This document shows, piece by piece, positions 35,230 to 45,000 of a stretch of 64,000 bases of DNA. The position numbers were made by a program, and so were the translations under genes. Every line of letters begins with the position of its first letter. Within the stretch, counting starts at the first letter, position 1. Below the pieces are notes generated by a model that was not told the DNA's origin, made no database searches, and saw only the letters and a list, made by a program, of their open reading frames with translations. This stretch comes from a virus, in IMG/VR virus record IMGVR_UViG_3300028073_000008, positions 64,001-128,000 of that record, one strand, 5' to 3'.

Positions 35230-35260
35230 AAATAGCGGCGAGAGTCGCTATTTCCTTTAT
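35230..35260 (+). terminator. Probable terminator hairpin
   Basis: AAATAGCGGC-GAGA-GTCGCTATTT. Confidence 0.6.
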
Positions 35261-35356
35261 ATCATTTTCATGATTTTCACTATGTTTTTGAAGTTGGTTT
35301 TCCTGTAATATTACGATACATACTGTACACAAGTATGTTTCATAAAGGAGAATATT

Positions 35357-35428
35357 ATGTGGACCAAACCAGAAGCAGTTGAAATGCGATATGGTTTCGA
35401 AATCACTATGTACGTGATGAATCGATAA
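35357..35428 (+). CDS. pqqA: Pyrroloquinoline quinone precursor peptide PqqA (MWTKPEAVEMRYGFEITMYVMNR)
   Basis: AAGGAG SD; 23 aa; MWTKP...R.GFE.TMY..NR with ExxxY core; not in the ORF track. Confidence 0.9.
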   Translation: MWTKPEAVEMRYGFEITMYVMNR

Positions 35429-35430
35429 CC

Positions 35431-35463
35431 AAAAAAGGCCCTAAGCGATTAGGGCTTTTTTTT
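35431..35463 (+). terminator. Intrinsic terminator after pqqA
   Basis: GGCCCTAA-GCGA-TTAGGGCT + T run. Confidence 0.85.
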
Positions 35464-35511
35464 GACTAAAATACCGTTGTACTTTAAATACTTTCCTGCT
35501 ATACTAAATTT

Positions 35512-35622
35512 GTGGCCGTGAGTGGAATATGGCAGACCTCCAATCCGTTGTGAAACGCATTCGGGAAAGGGACACAGGCATAGCCGCCGTCTTTGTAGGT
35601 TCGAATCCTACCGGCCACACCA
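35512..35622 (+). ncRNA. tRNA-like RNA without canonical anticodon loop
   Basis: Perfect acceptor GTGGCCG/CGGCCAC-A-CCA, T arm GTAGG-TTCGAAT-CCTAC, Leu/Ser-type D loop; aberrant anticodon and V arms. Confidence 0.75.
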
Positions 35623-35663
35623 ATTACTACTATAAGTAGATACACATAACTTAAGGAAAAATT

Positions 35664-35855
35664 ATGTCAACAGTAAATCAAATCACAGAAGCAGTAACAG
35701 CATGGAAAGCAGAAGATGACAAGTTCACCGCAGGCAATGGTGCCGCAGGTACTCGTGCTCGCAAGGCACTAGCAGAACTTAGCAAGTTGATCAAGGCACG
35801 CCGTAACGAAATCACGGCAGAAAAGAACGCCCGCAAAGAAGCTAAGGCAAAGTAA
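35664..35855 (+). CDS. Histone H1-like (Hc1-type) small basic protein
   Basis: GNGAAGTRARKALAEL...R..I...KN. Confidence 0.75.
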   Translation: MSTVNQITEAVTAWKAEDDKFTAGNGAAGTRARKALAELSKLIKARRNEITAEKNARKEAKAK

Positions 35856-35865
35856 ACAAGACGAC

Positions 35866-36282
35866 ATGAGCACATGTTACCCAAATACTATCACAGTCGG
35901 TAGTGGTGCTACCGGTAGCACTACCTACACTACTGCTGGTGCTACTGTCGGAGGTATTACTACTATACCGATTGGAAATGTTACTATAGGTAGTGGTAAT
36001 AGCCCTTACACGTATAGTAGCGGAACAACATGGACTACTTCTCCTATCTATACCACTGGCAGTAATGGTAGTTCAATAAAGGTAACAGGCGATGCCGAGT
36101 TTGATGGCGATGTAAAAATCAAAGGTCATAGTCTGATGAAACTTTTAGAAAAGATGGAAGACCGTCTAGCTATTTTAATGGATCCTGATCCAGAGAAATT
36201 AGAAAAATTCGCAGCATTAAAAAAGGCTTACGAGAATTACAAATTGCTAGAAAAACTTTGCCAAGAAGAAAAAGATAAGTGA
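35866..36282 (+). CDS. Hypothetical protein (Thr/Gly-rich N-terminus)
   Basis: ORF in operon. Confidence 0.75.
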   Translation: MSTCYPNTITVGSGATGSTTYTTAGATVGGITTIPIGNVTIGSGNSPYTYSSGTTWTTSPIYTTGSNGSSIKVTGDAEFDGDVKIKGHSLMKLLEKMEDRLAILMDPDPEKLEKFAALKKAYENYKLLEKLCQEEKDK

Positions 36283-36848
36283 TGTTATTAAGAGTCTATG
36301 ATGATCTGATACCTCAACACTTACAGGATTATCTAGAGATGATCTGTTTAGGTAAGTCAGGTGATCAGCTCATACATCCCGCAGTAGATTTTAGATGTAA
36401 GTACGAAACCACAGCAAAGGAAGATGAACGATCTTATGCTCCGCTGAGTTTCGTACACATCCTTAAATCGAGCACAGCGACTTCTACTCACATGGATAAC
36501 TTCGGTCTAGTGCCCATGGCAGTTTGCCAAGAAAATAATCTTATCATAAACAGTATACCTGTAGCAAGAGTTTTTATAACATTGCCATACGATACAGAAT
36601 TAGATCATTATGCTCCGCATGTAGATTATCCTGGTGAGCATACTGTGGTAATTTACTACGTCAACGACGCAGATGGCGATACTGTGTTCTTTGATCAATC
36701 AGGTAAAAACATCATCAAACGTGTCAGCCCAAAGAAAGGAAGAGTCGTGATCTTCGATGGCCGTATACTACACGGAGGTGGTATACCTAAGAAAGGCCCT
36801 CGTTGTATCGTAAACTACGATCTACACACTTCAAATGGAAAAAGATAA
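36279..36848 (+). CDS. 2OG-Fe(II) oxygenase
   Basis: PHVD...YYVND.DG.T.F...PKKGR...FDG...H...R. Confidence 0.85.
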   Translation: MMLLRVYDDLIPQHLQDYLEMICLGKSGDQLIHPAVDFRCKYETTAKEDERSYAPLSFVHILKSSTATSTHMDNFGLVPMAVCQENNLIINSIPVARVFITLPYDTELDHYAPHVDYPGEHTVVIYYVNDADGDTVFFDQSGKNIIKRVSPKKGRVVIFDGRILHGGGIPKKGPRCIVNYDLHTSNGKR

Positions 36849-37215
36849 ACTGAGAAAATTCTGCGAACATTACGAAGTTCAAATCTTGAACGATCAGAAT
36901 CGCACACAGAGATATAGGCGTCCTAATTTTTTCGCATATCCGCTCGATGCCGATGTTATCGATATCGCTTCGGAATTTTATGAAGAAAGATTGTACACAG
37001 TACAGATTCCCGAAAGCCGTTTAAAGACTCTAGTAGAAATGGAAGAAATGTTTTTCCGTGCTAGAGAACACGGACAGGGCAAAGACATGTTCGATATGCT
37101 GATGGAAAAAGAACGTGAAGAAAGAAATTTTAGGAATACAAACGAAGCTGTCAAAAAAGCCTACGAACAGTATTCCATGCTATTGAATCTAGCAGGATAT
37201 CAAAGAAAGATATGA
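36835..37215 (+). CDS. Hypothetical protein
   Basis: Coupled ORF. Confidence 0.75.
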   Translation: MEKDKLRKFCEHYEVQILNDQNRTQRYRRPNFFAYPLDADVIDIASEFYEERLYTVQIPESRLKTLVEMEEMFFRAREHGQGKDMFDMLMEKEREERNFRNTNEAVKKAYEQYSMLLNLAGYQRKI

Positions 37216-37787
37216 CTCCACAGGCTCTTTTCCCAACAGTAGTAGCTACATCTGATTTTAGCAAAGATTTAGATATTCCTGTGCTTTTAAAAATTATAGA
37301 AAGACAAAAAACTAACCCACATAGTCTAGTCGACGAATCACCTAGTAGTTATGGTACATATATCAATGTGTTAGATGACATCAAACTAGAAGGTTTGAAA
37401 AAAAGAATACAGGTAGAAGTCGACAACTATACCGAACTGCTGGGACTTAGAAAAGTAAAGATAACTGGATCGTGGTTTAATATTCTAGGACAGGGAGGTA
37501 GAGTCAATGCTCACAGACATGAGTTGAGTGTGATATCAGGTGCCTTTTATGTCAAGGCAGATCCTGGTAGTGTTGGATTAAGATTACACAGTCCGCTGGC
37601 TCCTATGCGTATGTATGAATTCGCAGAAAAGGTGAATGACATCAACAGCAATTTTTGGGTGATGCCCTGTTACACTGGACAACTGGTTTTATTTCCTAGT
37701 TGGTTAGAACATAGCACACTTCCAAACCAAACTGAATCTAGAATAACGGTCAGTTTTAACACCAAATATATCAAAGAAATAGGTTGA
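37212..37787 (+). CDS. Putative 2OG-Fe(II) oxygenase (TIGR02466-like)
   Basis: SWFN...HRH...ISGAFY...FPSWLEH...RITVSFN. Confidence 0.85.
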   Translation: MTPQALFPTVVATSDFSKDLDIPVLLKIIERQKTNPHSLVDESPSSYGTYINVLDDIKLEGLKKRIQVEVDNYTELLGLRKVKITGSWFNILGQGGRVNAHRHELSVISGAFYVKADPGSVGLRLHSPLAPMRMYEFAEKVNDINSNFWVMPCYTGQLVLFPSWLEHSTLPNQTESRITVSFNTKYIKEIG

Positions 37788-37812
37788 CAGTATAAGTAAT
37801 TTGCTCTATAAT
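37784..37812 (+). promoter_or_regulatory. Sigma70-type promoter
   Basis: TTGACA-N17-TATAAT (perfect consensus). Confidence 0.9.
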
Positions 37813-37836
37813 CTAAATTAGATAAAGGACTCAAAG

Positions 37837-38652
37837 ATGCGTAACTATTGGACCTGTTCAAAATTTGCTGATTGGCTTCGTGGTACTATGAAGCCATCTG
37901 CCGAAACTTCTAAAGGTTGGGCTACTTGGAAAAAGGAAGCCAAAGCCAAGCATCCTGTCCGCTATTGGATTGCCGAAGAAGGTCTCGATTACATCCAAGA
38001 TGTTTGGATGTTTGTTCCTGATAGGATTAATGATGTCCGCTATTATATCAACAACCGTTGGATTACTCGTACTCATTGCCTCACTGCTCATGGTCGTGAT
38101 ATCAAACCTGGTAGTTGGTGTGATGTGGGTAATCGCTTTTTGCCATGTCTCTTTAATGAACTTGTTGACTTCGTCGAAATCGAACTAGCATGGTCTAATT
38201 GTCTTTGGAGCGATGAAGCACGTAAAAAGTATAGCTATCCTTGGTGGCGTCGATGGTATCGCAACTGGCGCTGTGAAGAAGCTGCCATGGAGTATCTCAA
38301 TTGGGCCAAAACATTAACCAACGCAGAGTTTTTGGACGAAGATAAGAAGCATGAAGCTGTTCCTACAGCACAAGCAGAAGCCGCAAAGGAAATCGAAATC
38401 CTTTATAAATGGTGGAAGTACGAACGTCCACAACGTCCAGATCCATATGATGTCAGCGGTTGGTCAGCTATCTGCGAACGTCGTCGTGTAAAGTATCCCG
38501 ACGAAATTTTTCCAGAAGATGAGAACAAAAAGGAAAAAGCTGAATCTCGCAAAGCACTTGACGTATTACACAAATTAGAACGCAAATACGAACAAGAAGA
38601 TGAAGCGATGATGATCCGTTTAATTAAAATCCGTCAAAGCCTATGGACTTAA
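37837..38652 (+). CDS. Trp-rich hypothetical phage protein
   Basis: AAGGA SD; 271 aa. Confidence 0.8.
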   Translation: MRNYWTCSKFADWLRGTMKPSAETSKGWATWKKEAKAKHPVRYWIAEEGLDYIQDVWMFVPDRINDVRYYINNRWITRTHCLTAHGRDIKPGSWCDVGNRFLPCLFNELVDFVEIELAWSNCLWSDEARKKYSYPWWRRWYRNWRCEEAAMEYLNWAKTLTNAEFLDEDKKHEAVPTAQAEAAKEIEILYKWWKYERPQRPDPYDVSGWSAICERRRVKYPDEIFPEDENKKEKAESRKALDVLHKLERKYEQEDEAMMIRLIKIRQSLWT

Positions 38653-38834
38653 CTGAAAAGAAAAAACCTTCATTCTTCAGACTTTGGGTACATCAATTTT
38701 ATATGGCCAATTGCGAAGAACATGACGTGTTCAACGAACCAAAATTAACTATGAGCCAATATTGGCAAATGTATAAATGGTTCGTTAGAAGTAAATTCAG
38801 AGACCAACAACTAAAGGTTAGAAACAATGGATGA
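38643..38834 (+). CDS. Hypothetical protein
   Basis: Coupled ORF. Confidence 0.65.
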   Translation: MDLTEKKKPSFFRLWVHQFYMANCEEHDVFNEPKLTMSQYWQMYKWFVRSKFRDQQLKVRNNG

Positions 38835-39045
38835 TAAATTAGAAAATGTCTATGTTGAATATTTGAAATTCACAGACAAAATGGCTGGAGAATATTCTGC
38901 CATGGCTATCGCAGGTGTCATGATGGCACAGGCTTTGAGCATCTATAAGACTGCGTTAAAACCAGACGAGTTTGACAGCATGGTAGAAAACATCGTAAAC
39001 TGTAAAGACAAAGTGAAAACATTCGCAGGACCTATTTTACAATGA
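38827..39045 (+). CDS. Hypothetical protein
   Basis: Coupled ORF. Confidence 0.7.
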   Translation: MDDKLENVYVEYLKFTDKMAGEYSAMAIAGVMMAQALSIYKTALKPDEFDSMVENIVNCKDKVKTFAGPILQ

Positions 39046-39293
39046 CCGAAGAAAAGAAAATGAAAGTGGAATTTGCTCCCGGTGCTTTTGATGGATTCGA
39101 AGGCACACAAGAAGAACTTGACGAGTTGATCGCAGAAGTCAAAGCCATGTTCGAAGGCAAGACTCGTGAAGAAATCGAATCTATGGGTCGTCCAATGGAT
39201 GATGACCTCTTTGATGACATGAGCGAAGAAGAACAGATTCGCCTTATGAGGTCGTTAGGATTTGATGATCTACCACCGAGGAATCTACAATGA
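39042..39293 (+). CDS. Acidic hypothetical protein
   Basis: Coupled ORF. Confidence 0.7.
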   Translation: MTEEKKMKVEFAPGAFDGFEGTQEELDELIAEVKAMFEGKTREEIESMGRPMDDDLFDDMSEEEQIRLMRSLGFDDLPPRNLQ

Positions 39294-39763
39294 AAGCACA
39301 AAAGCCAGCTGAAGGTATTTTGATCAACAGAGATTACGGTGATGCTAAAAACTACACCGTAACCTGCGAGTGCGGGGACAGCGATCATTCTCATCACATC
39401 TGGGTTGAATCCGAAGATACTGGCGTCACTGTTCATACTCATACAGAACAAACTACCGATTACTGGTCACAAAAATTAGAAACTCGTTATGATATCAATA
39501 ACGAAATCTATCAGAATATACATTGGTTCTTCGTTGGACTGTTTAATGATTGGTATCGTCGATTTAAACTAGTATGGCAAGTATTGACTAAAGGTCATAT
39601 CAAATATCAGGCTACTATCATCATGACTGAACAACAGGCATTGAACTACGCAGAAACACTTAAATCTGCTGTAGCAGATGTAAAAGAATTTAAAAAACAA
39701 AGACAATCTAAAAAGGAAAACGTTGAAGCTGTAAGAGCAGCTAGCGAACAAGATTGCGTCTGA
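39290..39763 (+). CDS. Hypothetical protein
   Basis: Coupled ORF; CEC...H. Confidence 0.75.
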   Translation: MKAQKPAEGILINRDYGDAKNYTVTCECGDSDHSHHIWVESEDTGVTVHTHTEQTTDYWSQKLETRYDINNEIYQNIHWFFVGLFNDWYRRFKLVWQVLTKGHIKYQATIIMTEQQALNYAETLKSAVADVKEFKKQRQSKKENVEAVRAASEQDCV

Positions 39764-39765
39764 TC

Positions 39766-40290
39766 ATGAGTGACCCAAGCAAGAGCCCGCATAGGCATAC
39801 CTTCCAAAAAGATGGTTATATCAAACGTATGGAAGAAAAGGGAGAAAAGCCTAACGAAGCTTATCTAGATTACTTCCAACAAATCTTAGAAGATCATAAG
39901 CACAAGTTTGACGATCCAGAAAGCCGTGTCAACAACATGGAATACGATCTCCTAACCACTGATTGGATTTTAGAAAAAGCTCGTGCTAGCGAAACTTATT
40001 CTCAAAATCTTTATGCTGCCATGTGTAATAATGATTTCCAAAAACTAGATGTACTGCCAATCCTAAAAGAACAGTCTTGGAGTTGCTCATGGAGGTATGC
40101 GGGCGGCATCATCGCAGACATGCGACAGCAAGGAGATTACATTGACTGGTACTGTTCTGGTATCGGTGATGGTCTGGGTAATGGTGACGAAGATGGCACA
40201 AAAGGATATGTGGCAGAAAGCGTAGTAACTGATGAAATCAAGGAGGATCTGAAAAAGCTAGGATGGGTTGTCCTAGATAACGATGACTGA
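39766..40290 (+). CDS. Hypothetical phage protein
   Basis: LYAAMCNN...SWRYAGG...YIDWYCSG. Confidence 0.75.
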   Translation: MSDPSKSPHRHTFQKDGYIKRMEEKGEKPNEAYLDYFQQILEDHKHKFDDPESRVNNMEYDLLTTDWILEKARASETYSQNLYAAMCNNDFQKLDVLPILKEQSWSCSWRYAGGIIADMRQQGDYIDWYCSGIGDGLGNGDEDGTKGYVAESVVTDEIKEDLKKLGWVVLDNDD

Positions 40291-40618
40291 TATGATTATC
40301 GACGACGGTTACAGAAAGCATGTGTTGGAAAGATTGCGAGCCAACATTAAAGCTATAAGAAATATCGCAGAAGATTCCCTAGAGGGAGAACTATTGATAG
40401 GCATTTATGCTGTAGGAGATGTCATCCAAGCTGGAAGTTTTGATGAATCTAGCGAAGTAGAATTGCTATTTCATATCGATGGTGATGGTGAAATGGACCC
40501 TTATCTCTCAGATCAACTTCAAATTGATTTGGAATTAAATCCAGTCAGTGATTTGGAAAGCATCAAAGCTATCGTTTGGAGAGGTCCTATCGAAGAAGAT
40601 ACAGTGAGGTTGTATTGA
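40283..40618 (+). CDS. Acidic hypothetical protein
   Basis: Coupled ORF. Confidence 0.65.
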   Translation: MTDMIIDDGYRKHVLERLRANIKAIRNIAEDSLEGELLIGIYAVGDVIQAGSFDESSEVELLFHIDGDGEMDPYLSDQLQIDLELNPVSDLESIKAIVWRGPIEEDTVRLY

Positions 40619-40770
40619 AATTTTGGAGACTTTGGGCTAAAGCATTAGGTGAAAAATCGGGCAAGACAGACAAAGAAGCCGATATAGTAGCCTTGATTAG
40701 GACTTTAATAATATTATGCTATATAATTACCAATGCTTTTATCATAGCAGGGGTCATACGCCATTGGTAG
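40615..40770 (+). CDS. Small membrane protein
   Basis: WRLWAKALGEK...AD...IRT...TN.FI.AGVIRHW; likely TTG start. Confidence 0.65.
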   Translation: MKFWRLWAKALGEKSGKTDKEADIVALIRTLIILCYIITNAFIIAGVIRHW

Positions 40771-40773
40771 TGG

Positions 40774-40802
40774 TTGACAGCACTATCATTTGAGCATATA
40801 AT
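40774..40802 (+). promoter_or_regulatory. Sigma70-type promoter
   Basis: TTGACA-N17-TATAAT (perfect consensus). Confidence 0.9.
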
Positions 40803-40836
40803 AATAGTATTGTTAAACACAGCATAGGAGCAATAG

Positions 40837-42045
40837 ATGGCCGTTACTAAAGCCAAACCCAAAAAAGTTGTCGTATCAGCCGGCACACGTCGAGGTGCCA
40901 ATCCTGATCCAAAGTGGACCGATTGGGAAAAGATGACTGGCGAACAGTATCACCGTTTTCGCCGTAACGCTGTAGCCTATTACTATGCCGAATACAAGAC
41001 CGCAGATCTTCTTCCTGATCTGTATGCGTGGATGAAAGAAAACAAATACTCGTCAGAAGATATCCGTATGGCAAAAGCAGCCAATGGATTCAATCTAACA
41101 CAGGCTGCTATAATCGCTCGTTGTCTGCGTACTGGTATGCCAGACTTCAACGAGAAAGAAGCCAAGCATTGGGAAGAACTTCCAGGCACCATGGGCGAAC
41201 TTAAACCTGTAACTATTTTTCTCCGGGAGCGTATCGCAGATGCTATTGAACGCGGTCGTGACGTCAAAGAACCCGAAGAAGAAAAGAAAGAAGTTTCTAC
41301 TGCGCCTCAGCCTAGCATCCAAGATCGATTGCGTGAAGCTGCGTTTAAGATGACCGAGGAAATCGAAGATGCTCACGAAAGCTTCTTGATGGATCCTGAA
41401 GGGTTTGACCCCAAGGCTATCAAGATCGTTAACCTACTCAAGGGCAAAGAGTGTAAAGGTGCTCATGCTCGTGTGATCAAAGAAATCTATCAACGCCCGT
41501 TCGACGAAGTCGTTGAAGCTATGGCAGGCAAAGACGAGCAGCTGAAAGAAGGATATGCTTGGTTAGGCAAAAAGAATATCAAGAAGCTTCATGATTTTTA
41601 CCAAGAGATCATCAGTGCTTGTGATATGCTACAGCAAGAAGGCAAAGTCAATCGCAAGCCACGTGTCAAGAAGGCTGTGCCTAAGGACAAGTTGGTCGCT
41701 AAGATGAAGTACAAAAAGACTGACGACCAGCTCAAACTAGTGTCTATCAATCCTGCGGATATCATTGGTAGTCAAGAAGTTTGGGTGTTCAACACCAAGA
41801 CTCGCAAGTTGGGCAAATATGTAGCGGCAGCTTACAATGATCTGCGTGTCAAAGGTACGACCATCATCGGGTTCGATGAGAACAAGAGCGTACAAAAAAC
41901 TCTGCGTAAACCCGAAGAACAGTTGAAAGAGTTTAAGGCAGCAGGCAAGGTAGCACTGCGCAAGTTCTTGGAAGATATCAAGGCTGTGGACATCAAGCTC
42001 AACGGACGTATCAACGAAGACACTATCCTGCTTAAGGTAGCTTAA
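40837..42045 (+). CDS. Hypothetical phage protein (402 aa, Lys-rich C-terminus)
   Basis: AGGAG SD after strong promoter. Confidence 0.85.
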   Translation: MAVTKAKPKKVVVSAGTRRGANPDPKWTDWEKMTGEQYHRFRRNAVAYYYAEYKTADLLPDLYAWMKENKYSSEDIRMAKAANGFNLTQAAIIARCLRTGMPDFNEKEAKHWEELPGTMGELKPVTIFLRERIADAIERGRDVKEPEEEKKEVSTAPQPSIQDRLREAAFKMTEEIEDAHESFLMDPEGFDPKAIKIVNLLKGKECKGAHARVIKEIYQRPFDEVVEAMAGKDEQLKEGYAWLGKKNIKKLHDFYQEIISACDMLQQEGKVNRKPRVKKAVPKDKLVAKMKYKKTDDQLKLVSINPADIIGSQEVWVFNTKTRKLGKYVAAAYNDLRVKGTTIIGFDENKSVQKTLRKPEEQLKEFKAAGKVALRKFLEDIKAVDIKLNGRINEDTILLKVA

Positions 42046-45000
42046 ACTGCTGAACCAGCTATGGTGCCGTTGGCATTAAACACGGTAACCATAGCTGTAC
42101 CACTAGTGGCTGCTAGAGTTATTGTACTAGCACTGACTTGACCTACAGCATTGGCTCCTACAAAACTTCCTGCCATCGCTACGTTGGCAAAACCAGAAGC
42201 AGTAGTGCTAGCTGTAATCGTGATAGCCTTAGTAGCTGCGTTAGTATTTCTTAGATAGATCCTGACTTCTCTACCGGCTGTAAGATTACTGATATTGATA
42301 GTTCTTGCTGTACCAGATGCGCTCTGGACATAAGCATAGAAAGTCGTTGTCGAAGCATCAACCGTAGCATCGGCATCAGAAGTCGAACTAGAATTGCCAT
42401 AAGTTGGTGAAACTAATGTTGGGTTTGATCCCAATACAACGTTGCCGGTACCTGTTGTTGACAACACACTGAGGGTGCCATCACCACCTGAAGTAGTTAC
42501 GATACCATTCGAAGTCAAACTACCAAGTTTCTTGTTAGTTAGACTTTCTGATCCTGCTAGTGTGGCCAATGTACCCGTAGTTGGCAGTGTTACACTTGTA
42601 GATGCTGTAGTCGTTAAGGTAAGAGCAAAATTACCAGATGTAGTTAGATTATTGGCAATATCGATATTGCCAGCTAGTTTAACTGTTCGAGCAGCATTTA
42701 CGACATCTAGTGTCAATGTCCTACCTGCGGTTAACGCTGTCGAACTAGTCGCAGCTATCGTTAGATCAAAAGCAGCACTAGTATCGCGTAAGGCAAACGT
42801 TCCTACATTCGTGATGCTAGTTGAAGTGCCGCTGATAGTAGGACTGGTTCCGAGAACAACACTACCGCTACCTGTGGTTGCTGTTACACTTAATGTACCA
42901 TCTCCGCCAGATGTAGTCACAATACCGTTTGAAGTTAGGCTTCCTAGTTTCTTGTTTGTAAGACTTTCAGATCCTGCTAGTGTGGCTAGGGTGCCAGTTG
43001 TAGGCAATGTGACGTTTGTAGTGTTTGTTGTTGTCAGTGTAAGAGCAAAGTTTCCACTAGTTGTAAGAGCGTTAGCAGTTGTTAGGTTTCCGCCTAAATC
43101 AATATTGCCGTTTAATTTAACTGTGCGGTCGGCATTAATAACGTCAACTGTTAGAGAACGTCCTGCCGTTAACGCTGTAGAACTTGTAGGAATAACTGAT
43201 AAGTCAAACGCAGCACTTGTATCTTTTACTTTTAGTGTAGTGAAACGACCTGCTGCCGCGGTCGTTACACCAATGCTCATATTATTGATTGTACCAGCTG
43301 TGGCAGGATTTACTGTCACAGTACCTGTGCCTGTGGGACTAAATGTCACATTTAAATTTGCTGGACTTGCTGTCAATGCGTTATTAACAGTTGTTGTACC
43401 TGTAGCAGCACCGATGCTTACTGTAGTGGCTGCTCCAAAGGCATTAACTGTTGTCGCTGTGGTATTCAACAGATTAAACGAAGTTTGGTCTGTGGTTATA
43501 TCACCACCTTTGACCTGTAGATCAAGGTCTACTACAAGATTGTTATTGATATTTGTCGTACCACTAGAATTTCCAATCTCTATAGTCGTTCCAACTGTAG
43601 CAAGATTAACTGTTGACGCTGCGCCAAAGGCATTGATCGTAGTAGCATCAGTGTTCAACAAATTGAATGTAAGTGCGTTAGTGGTTAGATCGCCACCTTT
43701 GATCTGTAGATCTTGGTTGATCACTACATCACTTCTAAATGTAGTTGTACCGCCAGCTGTTGAGAACGTCAATGTAGTGGCTGCGCCAAATGCCTGGACT
43801 GTTGTTGCTGTGCCATCGATTAAATTAAACGAAGTTTGGTTAGTGGTTATATCGCCACCTTTAACCTGTAGATCACCATTTATAACAACGTTGTCATTTT
43901 TGATCGTTAATGTTCCTGCTCCTCCCGACGCACCAATGTCAATCGTAGTAGCTGCGCCAAACAGGTTTCCAGTCACTGCATTAGTATTAAACACAGACAC
44001 TGTGCCTGTCGATGTTGTCGTGATAGATGGCGATGAACCATTTAGATTCAATGATGTAGCATTCGTTCCGGTAATTGTAGGATTGCCAATAGTCAGCGTT
44101 CCGCTGTTGGCTCCTATGTTAACTGCCGTAGCCGCTCCAAATAGATTACCGGTAAGAGCATTAGTATTGAATACTGAAGCAGTACCTGTGCTAGTAGTAC
44201 TGACACTAGGATTTGCTCCGTTCATATTGAACGTGCTCAGGTTAGGAGTGGTCAGTGTAGGATTGTTGATATTGAAAGTGCCTGTTGCTGCTCCCATCGT
44301 TATGGTAGTAGCAGAACCACCTATATTCAATGTAGTAGCTGTAGTATTGATCAGATTAAACGAAGTCTGATCGGTCTTTAATGTAGTAGCTCTTAGCTCT
44401 AAAGCACCTGTTCCGTTTAGATCTATAACTATATCATCATTGGAATTAGTACCTATGATGTTATTTTCAAAAATCCTTAGACCATTAGTGTCAACACGAC
44501 TGTTAAGATAGATAGTGCCGCCACTGCTGCCCAATGTCAGTGTCTGATTGTCAGTGTCGGTGGTCAACATGGTAACACCAGTTACAGGCGCAGGATTGAA
44601 TGAAACTCTTATCCTATAACTAACATTGCCAGTATTGCCAGTCCAATCAATGATTATCCTATAATTTACTGCTCCATTATAAACTTCTGAATATATGTTA
44701 CTGATTTGATAACTTTGTAAAGCCACCACACCGCTGGCGCTGTCTAGATTTGACCAAATCAATGTGCTAGGATCTTGCCTTTGTAGTACGACAGATCCTG
44801 ATACTATACTATCTAATACTTTATAAACAGCGGTATAATCTAGCATACCGTCACCGGCTGCTGTGAAGTTGATAGTAACAGTCCTAGCAGCCGACGAGCT
44901 TTGTGTTTCATCGGGACTGAGCAATAGTGGATTGCCAATGGTACCAGTACCTGTAACGTTGTCACCAGCACTGATTGTGATACCAGATAGCCCGCCGTCG

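Noticed and set aside
42442-44370. 642-aa + strand ORF (Val/Pro/Leu-rich)
   Set aside because: Antisense shadow of the Thr/Gly/Asn-rich fibre gene; no SD or promoter, and its composition is the mirror of the real gene's codons.
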